From Desulfobacteraceae bacterium (GTDB taxonomy: Bacteria > Desulfobacterota > Desulfobacteria > Desulfobacterales > SURF-7), in assembly GCA_003599865.1 (NCBI GenBank), contig QZKS01000088.1:6682-70681 (forward strand): a stretch of DNA of 64,000 bases, written 5' to 3'. Each line of letters opens with the position of its first letter. Position 1 is the stretch's first letter. Shown here piece by piece: positions 42,379 through 51,265 of this stretch. The notes under the pieces were generated by a model that was not told where the DNA came from, searched no databases, and was given only the letters and a program-made list of their open reading frames with translations. A program made the position numbers and the translations under genes.

Positions 42379-42407
42379 TTGACATTAGTCTTTAAAAAGA
42401 AGATAAT
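42379..42407 (+). promoter_or_regulatory. Candidate strong sigma70-type promoter upstream of the second beta-barrel gene
   Basis: TTGACA (42379-42384), a 17-nt spacer, then GATAAT (42402-42407). This implies a leader of roughly 285 nt before the ATG at 42700. Confidence 0.45.
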
Positions 42408-42699
42408 GCCGTCTATGATTATTTTGGATTTGCTGAAAATCATAACATGCCTGTCCCAAACATCAATAACGAAAAGTCATTATACAAATCATTAACATTT
42501 TGAGCCTGCAACAGCTTTCATAAAAACACGACTATGACATACTTTTTGATACATGATGTCTTATGAAATTTCAGCTATTATTACAATCGATGAATTTTAT
42601 GATGAAAGGAGGGATGCCGGGAACGTTTCAGTCTGATGATATTCACTGAATGGTTTAAGATTTATTATTAGTAATAACAGATATTTAAGGAGATGATTG

Positions 42700-44250
42700 A
42701 TGAAAAAAACAACCATATTACTGCTTACAATCTGTGTTTTGGTGATGACTGCCGGCACAGGTATGGCTGCGGAAGTTGATTTCAGCGGCGAGTACTATAT
42801 TGAAGGGATCTACAACTCCAATCCAAACCTGGCCAAAACAGATCTGGCAACCTATTACCGCCAGATGAGGCTCCGGGTTCAGACTGATTTTAAAGTGACC
42901 GAAGATTTAAAACTCACGACCCGGTTTGATGCGCTTGAAAAAGTATGGAATACGGATGACTCGGCCTTTACAAATAGTGAAGATGCGGAAAATATCGATT
43001 TTGACCGGGCATACATGACCATCATCAGCAAGGTCGGTATGTTTATGCTGGGGCGCCAGGAAGGGGTTACCTGGGGTACGACCTGGGCGGATGATGAGGA
43101 TGACACGGATCGCTTCAAGTGGGTGCTGCCTCTGGACGCTGCCGGCGGTAAATTGATTTTTGCATTGATTGCGGAAAAAACCACGGAGAATGATAAAACC
43201 AGGCAGGATGATAATCTTACTAATGATATAACCAGCGGAAAAGATAATGACAAGTATTACTTTGGAACGATTTATAAACGGGAAAGATATGATACCGGTC
43301 TGTTGCTGGGGCTCTATGATTTTAACCGGGTTCCGGACCCTGGTCAACGCAATGCAATCAATCAGTTTAGCGATGCCGGATATACTGCGAATGTGGCCGG
43401 ACTCACTGCTTATGGGGCGGTACTTCAGGGTTATGTAGCCGCTGTCATAGCAGATGGCGGAACACCAGGCGCAAATACACTTGCATACCTTGCGGCAAAC
43501 CCGGAAATAGCTACACTGGGTACTCCGACTACAGCGGGCAGCCCGATGAATACGCTGATCACCAGAGGAGGCGTTGGCGAGGCGCATGTTTATCTCTTAT
43601 CTCCCTATTTCCGCGGGAAATTCGATAAACTTGGTGTCCAGGCCGAACTTGATTATGTATTTGGAAAAGTGGAATATTCAGATGATGGATATGCCGTGCC
43701 AGACCATGATGTCAAGGCGTTTTCTTATTTTATGGAAGGCACCTATGATGTGGGTCCGTTGGTTTTCCAGGCAGGATGGGCACACCGTTCCGGTGATGGC
43801 AATGAAGCCGATACGGATGAAAAAGGCATGGGATATTTTTCACCGGGTCTGGATTGGGAAAAAATGCTTATCCTGTCTTCCGATTACCACGGCTTGAATA
43901 CCACTATGGCCGGGATTGGAAACCATGTGGGCGATGGATTTATAACTTTTTCAAGACCGCTTCTGGATGGTTTCCGGATGCCTTACATCGGAGCTGATTA
44001 TTCCGTAAGAGATGACATCACTATCGGCCTTCTGGCAGCCATGTCTACAGCAGACGATACGGTTACCGGCTGGGATGATGACCAGGGCGTTGAAGTGGAT
44101 CTTAAGTTTACCTGGCAACTCATGGATAACCTGGAATACCAGGCAACCTTTGCCTATCTGTCTGCAGGAGATTACTGGAAACAGGGTAATGCGGCTGCGG
44201 ATTTAGATGATCTTTATTGTGTTTTCAGCCGGCTGACCATGACATTCTAA
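42700..44250 (+). CDS. Outer-membrane beta-barrel protein (porin-like, large)
   Basis: Signal peptide (MKKTTILLLTICVLVMTAGTGMA-AE), Asp/Gly/Tyr-rich alternating strands, and a C-terminal ...SRLTMTF ending in Phe. The ATG at 42700 follows AAGGAGA plus 6 nt. Confidence 0.65.
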   Translation: MKKTTILLLTICVLVMTAGTGMAAEVDFSGEYYIEGIYNSNPNLAKTDLATYYRQMRLRVQTDFKVTEDLKLTTRFDALEKVWNTDDSAFTNSEDAENIDFDRAYMTIISKVGMFMLGRQEGVTWGTTWADDEDDTDRFKWVLPLDAAGGKLIFALIAEKTTENDKTRQDDNLTNDITSGKDNDKYYFGTIYKRERYDTGLLLGLYDFNRVPDPGQRNAINQFSDAGYTANVAGLTAYGAVLQGYVAAVIADGGTPGANTLAYLAANPEIATLGTPTTAGSPMNTLITRGGVGEAHVYLLSPYFRGKFDKLGVQAELDYVFGKVEYSDDGYAVPDHDVKAFSYFMEGTYDVGPLVFQAGWAHRSGDGNEADTDEKGMGYFSPGLDWEKMLILSSDYHGLNTTMAGIGNHVGDGFITFSRPLLDGFRMPYIGADYSVRDDITIGLLAAMSTADDTVTGWDDDQGVEVDLKFTWQLMDNLEYQATFAYLSAGDYWKQGNAAADLDDLYCVFSRLTMTF

Positions 44251-44274
44251 CAGCGATATAATGTATAGTTTTCC

Positions 44275-44308
44275 AAGAATCCCCCCTTGATTTCAAGGGG
44301 GGATTCTT
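44275..44308. terminator. Bidirectional terminator hairpin
   Basis: Near-perfect 16-bp inverted repeat AAGAATCCCCCCTTGA / TCAAGGGGGGATTCTT between convergent genes. Confidence 0.7.
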
Positions 44309-44340
44309 TATGGAGGCAACTTGTAACTGTTTGCTTGGAA

Positions 44341-45117
44341 TCAGGTAATCATATTCTGAATCCGCATCATGAAATCCCCGACATCGCGACCATATTCGGG
44401 TGATCCTTCTACCCGGAGATATTCATTTTTCACGGCCGTCACCATATCCACCTCATTCAGGATTACCGGGAGTGCACCGTCAATGCCATTGAACCGCATA
44501 TGAACAAAGGGGCGCCTCTTTTTGTAAAAACCTCTTCCCGCTTTTGTTTTTCCGGCTTTGACCCTTAGGTATGCGGCGATGTCCTCGTTGTCCACGGACA
44601 TCTGATAAATCCGTTCCGGCTGTTTGGATGTCCAGCGGACCATTTCCGGATCGCCGCCCTTGTTGTACTGGCTGAGGGCAGTGGTAATCATATAAATTGT
44701 CATTTTAATTTTCAGTCTTTTTTTATCCTCTGCGGTTGGTTTTGCATTGGGCATGAGAATTTTTAAGCTCAGGAGCAGGCTGAACATTTTGATCAGCAAT
44801 CTGATTTTCAGAAACCCTTTTATACGCGGAATCACCGGTTTGCCGGCCAGCATGTCATTCATTTTCTTGACACTTCCAAATCCAAAACGAATATCCGGAC
44901 TGGGGCAGATACCCTGGATGATTTCCAGATTTCCTTTCTGAAAGTCCAGATATGCTCCCACTTCTCCGGAACCGTTTTGAGCGGCAAACTGGATTTTTGC
45001 GGTAACATCCTGGAAGCGGTTTTTCATTTTTTGAACATCAGAAAGAACAACCTTCATTACCGGAAACAAAGCCTGCAAGAATAATCGTGCTGCGAGCAAA
45101 TCTCTTTCAGTTGTCAT
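44341..45117 (-). CDS. SCP2-like hypothetical protein, copy B (last gene of the operon)
   Basis: Paralog of 48367-49128, sharing IQF..., P.P.I.F.F.S and IP.IKGF.KI blocks. The C-terminal ...LRVEGSPEYGRDVGDFMMRI resembles an SCP2 sterol-binding tail. The ATG at 45117 lies 1 nt after the transketolase-C stop. Confidence 0.5.
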   Translation of the reverse strand: MTTERDLLAARLFLQALFPVMKVVLSDVQKMKNRFQDVTAKIQFAAQNGSGEVGAYLDFQKGNLEIIQGICPSPDIRFGFGSVKKMNDMLAGKPVIPRIKGFLKIRLLIKMFSLLLSLKILMPNAKPTAEDKKRLKIKMTIYMITTALSQYNKGGDPEMVRWTSKQPERIYQMSVDNEDIAAYLRVKAGKTKAGRGFYKKRRPFVHMRFNGIDGALPVILNEVDMVTAVKNEYLRVEGSPEYGRDVGDFMMRIQNMIT

Positions 45118-45118
45118 G

Positions 45119-46129
45119 TTATACCTCATCTTCCCAGTCGTCATCCTCTTCAAAATCCATGTTCATGACTTCCCGGACCTTGTCAATAATTCCATCCGTA
45201 TCCAGCTTATAGTGGCTGCAAAGATCTTCCGGATACCCGACGATGCAGTAGCAGTCGGGAATGCCGACCTTGACAAAGGCACAACCTTTTCCACTTGCAG
45301 CAATAACATCGGCAACAGCGCTTCCAAGCCCTCCCAGCACCGTATGATCTTCAAAGGTGATGATCCTTCTCGTGTCCGTTACGGCCGCCAGAACGGCTTC
45401 TTCATCCAGCGGTTTGATGGTATGCATGTTCAGTACCCGCACGCTCAGACCATCATTTTCCTTGAGAAATTTTGCTGCCTCGGCAGCCTGCAAAACGGTA
45501 ACACCGCAGCAGATCAGGGTGATATCGGTTCCTTCATTTACCTCAATGGCTTTTCCAATCTGGAAATCATAGTCTTCGTTTTCATAAAATTTGGGTTCAA
45601 ATCCCCTTCCGATGCGGATATACACCGGCCCGGGGTAGTCGACGCAGGCTTTTACAGCCTTTGCAGTCTCAATTCCATCAGCCGGAGCGATCACGGTCAT
45701 GTTGGCGAAAGATCGCATGATCGCAAGATCTTCCGTACAATGGTGGGTGGTGCCGGCCGAACCAAATGAGGTGCCGGCGTGGGTGGCGATAATCTTGCAG
45801 TTCAGATTCTGATAGCAGATATCCGTGCGAACCTGCTCCACTCCTCGCATGGCAGTGAAGGCTGCCATTGTTGAGACAAAGGGGATCAGACCGGTTTTGG
45901 CAAGGCCGGCGGAAACACCAAAAAGATTTTGTTCGGCAATCCCGACATTGAAAAAACGATCCGGAAATTTTTTGCCGAATTTTCCGATTTTAGTGGAGTT
46001 GGCCAGATCCGCCGACAGGCCGACTATTTTTGGATTTTCTTCTCCTAACCGGCAAAGAACTTCTCCATAGATTTCCGCCTGGGTCATTGTATCGGCATCA
46101 TAGACCGTCCATGTTAAGCCTTCCGTCAT
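45119..46129 (-). CDS. Transketolase family protein, C-terminal (pyrimidine-binding) subunit
   Basis: 336 aa containing FFNVGIAEQN, GTSFGSAGTTHH and the C-terminal regulatory domain. It is a split-transketolase type. Confidence 0.85.
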   Translation of the reverse strand: MTEGLTWTVYDADTMTQAEIYGEVLCRLGEENPKIVGLSADLANSTKIGKFGKKFPDRFFNVGIAEQNLFGVSAGLAKTGLIPFVSTMAAFTAMRGVEQVRTDICYQNLNCKIIATHAGTSFGSAGTTHHCTEDLAIMRSFANMTVIAPADGIETAKAVKACVDYPGPVYIRIGRGFEPKFYENEDYDFQIGKAIEVNEGTDITLICCGVTVLQAAEAAKFLKENDGLSVRVLNMHTIKPLDEEAVLAAVTDTRRIITFEDHTVLGGLGSAVADVIAASGKGCAFVKVGIPDCYCIVGYPEDLCSHYKLDTDGIIDKVREVMNMDFEEDDDWEDEV

Positions 46130-46162
46130 TGTGCCCTCCTCTTTTTATTTTTGAGCGTGCCG

Positions 46163-47020
46163 CTAATTTTTGAGGTTCATTGCCTGTTCAGCCATCCGGT
46201 CTACAGATGCTTTTGCTTTTTCAACCAGCTCCGTATCCAGACCTCCGTAATGCCATTTTACTTGGTTTTCCATGAAATCGATCCCCTTGCCTTTAACCGT
46301 ATTGGCGATTATGACAACCGGGCCTTTTTTTTCGCTTTGGGCGTATTCGATAGCAGCAGACAACTCGGAAAAGCTATGTCCATCAACTTCTTTCACAATA
46401 AAACCAAAAGCTTTCCATTTGTCCGCAAAAGGCTCAAGACCCATGACCTCCTCTGTCGGTCCGTCAATCATCAGTTTATTCCGGTCCACAAAAGTGATGA
46501 GGTTGGTCAGTTTAAACTGGGAGGCAGCCATGGCCGCTTCCCAGATGGAACCTTCATTGCATTCGCCATCCCCTAAAATACAGTAGGTGAGCCAGGATTG
46601 TTTTTGTACCCTGGCGCCTAACGCCATCCCGACAGCCATGGGAAGACCATGACCCAGGGAGCCGGTGGAAGCATCCACGCCTTTTACCTTCAGGCTGTCC
46701 AGATGCATTCCAAAAGGAGATTTGAATTTGTTGAATTCTTTCAGGTCCTGAAAGTCAAAATAGCCTTTGCGGGCCAGCAGCGGAGCGTATCCCACACCAC
46801 CATGGCCTTTACTGAGAACCATCCGGTCTCTGTCTTTCCAGGTCGGATTTTTCGGATCAATATTCATATACTTGTAATAAAGGAGGATCAACATTTCGAC
46901 CATACTCAACGCACCACCAATATGTGCCCCCCCTGCCCAATATGTGATATCGATAATATCCTTCCGCAGCTGGCATGCCTTTTCATGTAATAATCGGATT
47001 TCCTGATCTGTAACCGGCAT
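46163..47020 (-). CDS. Transketolase family protein, N-terminal (ThDP-binding) subunit
   Basis: 285 aa containing GGHIGGALS, SKGHG and the ThDP motif GDGECNEGSIWEA...N. Confidence 0.85.
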   Translation of the reverse strand: MPVTDQEIRLLHEKACQLRKDIIDITYWAGGAHIGGALSMVEMLILLYYKYMNIDPKNPTWKDRDRMVLSKGHGGVGYAPLLARKGYFDFQDLKEFNKFKSPFGMHLDSLKVKGVDASTGSLGHGLPMAVGMALGARVQKQSWLTYCILGDGECNEGSIWEAAMAASQFKLTNLITFVDRNKLMIDGPTEEVMGLEPFADKWKAFGFIVKEVDGHSFSELSAAIEYAQSEKKGPVVIIANTVKGKGIDFMENQVKWHYGGLDTELVEKAKASVDRMAEQAMNLKN

Positions 47021-47061
47021 TTTTTCCTCCTGTTGTGACGGGATTGTTCACCATTATCTTC

Positions 47062-48312
47062 CTAAAAGCGATCACCATATTGCTGTTTGATGATTTGAAA
47101 TGCATCATCCGCAATTTCGAGCGTTTGTTGGATATCTTCATCGGTATGGGCTGTTGAAACAAACCAGTTATGATGGGATGTAAAATAGGCCCCTCTTCCG
47201 GTACACTCCGCACACCAGTCCTGATGCAGCATGAGGCTTTCATCATTGGTAATGCGAAGATAGGGCATGGAAGGGGCGCCGGTAACCTTCAAATCATATC
47301 CATAGGTTTTGGCAACCTTAACCAGCCCATCCAGAAGCTTTTTCCCTGTTGCCAGAATTTTTTTTGGTCCATCGATTCTTTTGAGCTCTTTCAGGGTCTC
47401 AAGGGCGGCTGCCATGGGTTCTGCCTGGAACCAGTAGCTTCCCGTGTAAAAAACACGCGCCGTAACATCCTTGAGCGCCTGGCTGCCCATCAGAGCGGAA
47501 ATCGGATATCCGTTTGCAAGCGCCTTGCAGAAGCAGATCAGATCCGGTGTGAAGCCGAAATATTCGCAGGATCCTCCGATATCCATCCGAAAACCGTGGC
47601 GGATGTCATCGACAATAAGAACGATTCCATGTTTTCGGCAAAGAGCCTCGATTTTTTTCCAATATCCCTCATCCGGCATTTCATTGTCCGCAAAGACAGG
47701 AACATGATAAGGGGTTGCAATAAAACCAGCGATATCATTTGGATTGTTCTCTATGGCTTTTTCAAATGCAGGAACATCATTCCAGGGTATCCGGATGATG
47801 TTTTCCGCATCCTCCTCAATGGTTCCATGGTGTCCCGGCGCCTGCATCCAGGAAGACGCGCCGTGGTAGCCGCCTTTGATCATGACAATTTTTTTTCTTC
47901 CGGTGGCATCCCTGGCAATCATGGTTGAATAATTGGTCACATCCGCGCCGTTTTTGGCAAAAAACACCCAATCTGCTGCCGGAATTAAATCCACCATAAA
48001 CTCTGCCAGCTCAACCATGACGCTTGGCGCTCCAGTGGTGCAATTGGATGATTGAATCTGCTTTGCCGCAGCCTGATCGACAAGCGGATGATTATATCCT
48101 AAAATCATGGGGCCGTAGGCACACATATAATCAATGAACTCATTTCCATCCACATCCCAGAACCTGGCACCGGCAGATCTTGCCGTATAAAATGGATAGG
48201 ATGTTGCCGGAACAAGAGGGGCGGGGCTGAAATGCCCATAGATACCGCATGGAATGACCTTTGCTGCCCGTTTAAACAATTCCTGTGATTTTGTAAATTG
48301 GTATGTTTTCAT
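47062..48312 (-). CDS. Class-III (omega-type) aminotransferase, glutamate-1-semialdehyde aminomutase-like
   Basis: Fold-type I class III pattern with GGYHG, VDDIRHGFR and the PLP-Lys context FCKALANGYP. The ATG at 48312 follows GAGGGA plus 8 nt; the ORF opens at 48363. Confidence 0.8.
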   Translation of the reverse strand: MKTYQFTKSQELFKRAAKVIPCGIYGHFSPAPLVPATSYPFYTARSAGARFWDVDGNEFIDYMCAYGPMILGYNHPLVDQAAAKQIQSSNCTTGAPSVMVELAEFMVDLIPAADWVFFAKNGADVTNYSTMIARDATGRKKIVMIKGGYHGASSWMQAPGHHGTIEEDAENIIRIPWNDVPAFEKAIENNPNDIAGFIATPYHVPVFADNEMPDEGYWKKIEALCRKHGIVLIVDDIRHGFRMDIGGSCEYFGFTPDLICFCKALANGYPISALMGSQALKDVTARVFYTGSYWFQAEPMAAALETLKELKRIDGPKKILATGKKLLDGLVKVAKTYGYDLKVTGAPSMPYLRITNDESLMLHQDWCAECTGRGAYFTSHHNWFVSTAHTDEDIQQTLEIADDAFQIIKQQYGDRF

Positions 48313-48366
48313 AAACAGTTCCCTCACATGTTTTCCGATAGGAATTCCCGCCATCGGTCCCATGTT

Positions 48367-49128
48367 CTATCCCAGATAAAGCGGTATTCTGTCCAGTACC
48401 AGACCCATGGAATCCAGCATGGGGGTTTGTCCTTTAATCATCACATCTCCGGAAGCAATCGCAGTGAATGCATCCAGTTTGGCATTCAGAAAAGCATTTG
48501 CGACTTGCATATTTTTCATATAGAGGCAGGCCATCGGCCTTTCCGTCTCGCCGGAAACCGGTGTGATATTGCCGTTCCGGACCCGGAGGGTTACTGCCGG
48601 CCCGTCCGGCAGAATCTTCATGAGAATATCACCGTTTTGAATATGGGAGACAGCATGTATTCCAACCCGGTCCAGGCTTCCGATTTCCGGTATGGCATGA
48701 GCTGCCGTGTTCAGTGTAAATCGGGTATTGAGTTCGCAGTAGGTTGTATCCTTCAAGAGTTCATCGGTCGGCTTGAGATAATATTCCAGCTTTTTGGTCA
48801 GTTTTTGAAAGTCGCCGTTCAGGAAAGGTATTTTGGTAAACCCTTTTAATGGAATCGGAAATCCCCGGCCGTCCATCATCCGGTTTAAATGGGCTGGAGA
48901 GAAAAAAAACAGAATGATTGTCGGTTTGGGAAGTTTGCCCTGTCCTACCCGGCATTTTCCGTTTTGAAATTCGATAAATGCCTTGGGTCCGAGCAGTATG
49001 GAAAACTGGATGGATATATTCCACTGTTTTGACAGGGCGGCCATTTCCGGATCATATTGAACAAGATCTTCGAGGTTTTTCAGCACAGCACAGAGGTTGA
49101 GTCGGGCTTTAATCAGTTCATGACCCAT
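48367..49128 (-). CDS. SCP2-like hypothetical protein, copy A (first gene of the operon)
   Basis: 253 aa. The C-terminal FLNAKLDAFTAIASGDVMIKGQTPMLDSMGLVLDRI resembles the SCP2 sterol-carrier tail. It is a paralog of 44341-45117. Confidence 0.5.
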   Translation of the reverse strand: MGHELIKARLNLCAVLKNLEDLVQYDPEMAALSKQWNISIQFSILLGPKAFIEFQNGKCRVGQGKLPKPTIILFFFSPAHLNRMMDGRGFPIPLKGFTKIPFLNGDFQKLTKKLEYYLKPTDELLKDTTYCELNTRFTLNTAAHAIPEIGSLDRVGIHAVSHIQNGDILMKILPDGPAVTLRVRNGNITPVSGETERPMACLYMKNMQVANAFLNAKLDAFTAIASGDVMIKGQTPMLDSMGLVLDRIPLYLG

Positions 49129-49180
49129 GAAAAATCCTCCTATTGTCTGGGGGGAAAAAATATGTTATCTTCACGATAAT

Positions 49181-49196
49181 GAGTGATCGCTCACTC
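49181..49196. promoter_or_regulatory. Candidate TetR operator (inverted repeat) in the divergent intergenic region
   Basis: GAGTGA-TCGC-TCACTC is a perfect 6-bp-arm palindrome. It lies 53 bp upstream of the operon's first gene, and a minus-strand TTGACA (49209-49204) sits 7 bp away. Confidence 0.35.
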
Positions 49197-49410
49197 TATT
49201 GGGTGTCAATAAATCAAAACAGCCTTTAAAAGTCAAGTGGAATTTGTCCGACGAGAAGCACAGGACTTAACCATCGACACCCCTGATGTTTGTAAACAAA
49301 TGGGTTGTTTTTTACGATAGTTGACAGAAAACCAGGATGAAACGTCATTTCAATCCATCTGGAAAAAAATAAGCAACGTGTCTTCAGATGAATACGTGCC
49401 AAGGAGCAAG

Positions 49411-50118
49411 ATGAAAAAACAGTTCGAACTGAATTCAAACCAAGGAATTACAAAGCAGAAACATTATAAAGAGGCGTTTCAAAAAATTTCTCCGGAAAAA
49501 CGGGAAAAAATTCATACTGTGGCGGCTGGAGAATTTGCAAAGCACGGACTAAAGGCTGCGAATATTAATATCATCGCCAAAAAGGCCGGGGTCAGTATCG
49601 GGTCCATGTATAATTATTTTAATTCCAAGGAAGATCTGTTTTTAACGGTTATGGATTACGGCTATCAGGTGCTGGAACAGGTGATTTCGGAAATCGATCT
49701 TGAAAAAGGTGATATTTTTGATAAAATTGAGAGACTCTTACGGGCGGCCCAGAAGTATACAAAGGAATATCCGGAGCTGAATCAGATCTATCTGGATATT
49801 ACCTCCCAGGGGCTTTCCCATCTTTCGACATTGCTTTCCCGCAAGATGGAGACGATCTCGGCACAATTTTATCGCTCCATGCTTACAGAGTCCAAAAAAT
49901 CGGGAACCATTGATCCGGATATCGACGAACATATAGCCTCTTTTTGTTTGGATAATTTGATCCTTTTATTGCAATATTCTTATACAACCGATTATTTCCG
50001 GGAACGCATGAAGATATTTGCCGGCGAAAATACGGCGGATAATGATGAAAAAATAATTCAGGGCATGATGCACTTTATACGGAACGCACTTTCTTCTCAT
50101 CCCAAGATAATAAAATAA
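49411..50118 (+). CDS. TetR/AcrR family transcriptional regulator
   Basis: The HTH region is GLKAANINIIAKKAGVSIGSMYNYFNSKEDLF. The ATG at 49411 follows AAGGAG plus 4 nt; the ORF track opens with TTG at 49321. Confidence 0.85.
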   Translation: MKKQFELNSNQGITKQKHYKEAFQKISPEKREKIHTVAAGEFAKHGLKAANINIIAKKAGVSIGSMYNYFNSKEDLFLTVMDYGYQVLEQVISEIDLEKGDIFDKIERLLRAAQKYTKEYPELNQIYLDITSQGLSHLSTLLSRKMETISAQFYRSMLTESKKSGTIDPDIDEHIASFCLDNLILLLQYSYTTDYFRERMKIFAGENTADNDEKIIQGMMHFIRNALSSHPKIIK

Positions 50119-50158
50119 AAAAGCCGTCACTCAACTTTGATTTAGGAGGGGATTTGCC

Positions 50159-51265
50159 ATGAAAATCGGGGTGCCAAAAGAGATAAAAATCAAGGAAAAC
50201 AGGGTTTCATTAACACCAGCCGGGGTCGCGGCGCTTGTGGATGGCGGGCATACGGTTTATGTGGAAAAAGGAGCCGGACAGGGTTCCGGGATCATGGATG
50301 AAACGTATGTCAAGACCGGTGCTGTTATGCTGAATACACCGGAAGCGGTTTGGGCGGAAGCGGATATGATCATTAAGGTGAAAGAACCCATAGAACCGGA
50401 ATTGGGTTTAATGAAGGAAGGTCAGATTCTGTTTACCTATTTGCATCTGGCCGCTGATCAGAAACTAACCCAGTGGCTGCTGGGTAAAAAAGTGATCGGG
50501 ATTGCCTATGAAACCATTCAGCTGGAAAATGGATCTCTTCCCCTGCTCGCTCCCATGAGTGCCGTTGCCGGAAGGCTTTCCGTACAAATGGGCTGTGCCT
50601 GCCTGGAAGTTAAAAACGGCGGAAAGGGACTTCTGGTATCCGGGGTCCCGGGTGTTGCACCTGCCCGTGTAACCATTGTCGGCGGAGGCATATCCGGGAT
50701 TAATGCAGCTCAAGTTGCCATTGGCATGGGTGCCCGGGTGACCATTCTCGATATCAATCAGGAGAGACTCCGTTATCTGGACCATCTCTTTTATTCACAA
50801 GCTGTGACCTTGATGTCCAATCCCGTGAATCTGGAACAAAGTATTCTCAGTGCGGATCTGGTGATCGGCGCGGTGCTGATACCGGGAGCCAAAGCACCCA
50901 AACTGATCAAGAAAGAGTATCTGAAAAAAATGGAGCCGGGTTCTGCGCTGGTGGATATTGCCATCGATCAGGGTGGATGTGCGGAGACAAGCAGGCCCAC
51001 AACCCATGATGATCCAATATATATTATTGATAATATTGTACACTATTGTGTTGCCAATATGCCCGGGGCTGTTCCGCGTACATCAACCTATGCCTTGACC
51101 AATGCAACTTTTCCTTATGTCCTTGCGCTGGCAAACAAGGGATTGAAGAAAGCCCTTACGGAAAATACCGCATTGAAAAGGGGCCTGAACGTTTACAAAG
51201 GTCAATTAACCTGTGAAGAAGTCGCGAATGCCTTTGGGATGAAGTCCGCAGCAATCAGTTTATAA
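50159..51265 (+). CDS. ald: Alanine dehydrogenase
   Basis: Starts [20 protein letters not shown] and has the NAD motif [12 protein letters not shown]. It is Ald-like throughout and begins 40 nt after the TetR gene. Confidence 0.92.
   Translation: MKIGVPKEIKIKENRVSLTPAGVAALVDGGHTVYVEKGAGQGSGIMDETYVKTGAVMLNTPEAVWAEADMIIKVKEPIEPELGLMKEGQILFTYLHLAADQKLTQWLLGKKVIGIAYETIQLENGSLPLLAPMSAVAGRLSVQMGCACLEVKNGGKGLLVSGVPGVAPARVTIVGGGISGINAAQVAIGMGARVTILDINQERLRYLDHLFYSQAVTLMSNPVNLEQSILSADLVIGAVLIPGAKAPKLIKKEYLKKMEPGSALVDIAIDQGGCAETSRPTTHDDPIYIIDNIVHYCVANMPGAVPRTSTYALTNATFPYVLALANKGLKKALTENTALKRGLNVYKGQLTCEEVANAFGMKSAAISL

Noticed and set aside
42907-43587. 226-aa minus-strand ORF (and the 124-aa ORF at 42879-43253)
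   Set aside because: Both lie antisense to the signal-peptide-bearing beta-barrel gene, which has a strong RBS. The antisense products are Arg/Cys/Ser-rich, which is typical of noise.
45116-45769. 217-aa plus-strand ORF
   Set aside because: It lies entirely antisense to the well-supported transketolase C-subunit gene. It has no RBS and a low-complexity composition, so it is a shadow ORF.
47170-47928. 252-aa plus-strand ORF
   Set aside because: It lies antisense to the class-III aminotransferase gene and has no recognisable motifs.
49321-49410. N-terminal TTG-initiated extension of the TetR ORF
   Set aside because: The internal ATG at 49411 has AAGGAG 4 nt upstream and gives a normal-length TetR N-terminus. 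The extension would consume the divergent promoter region.
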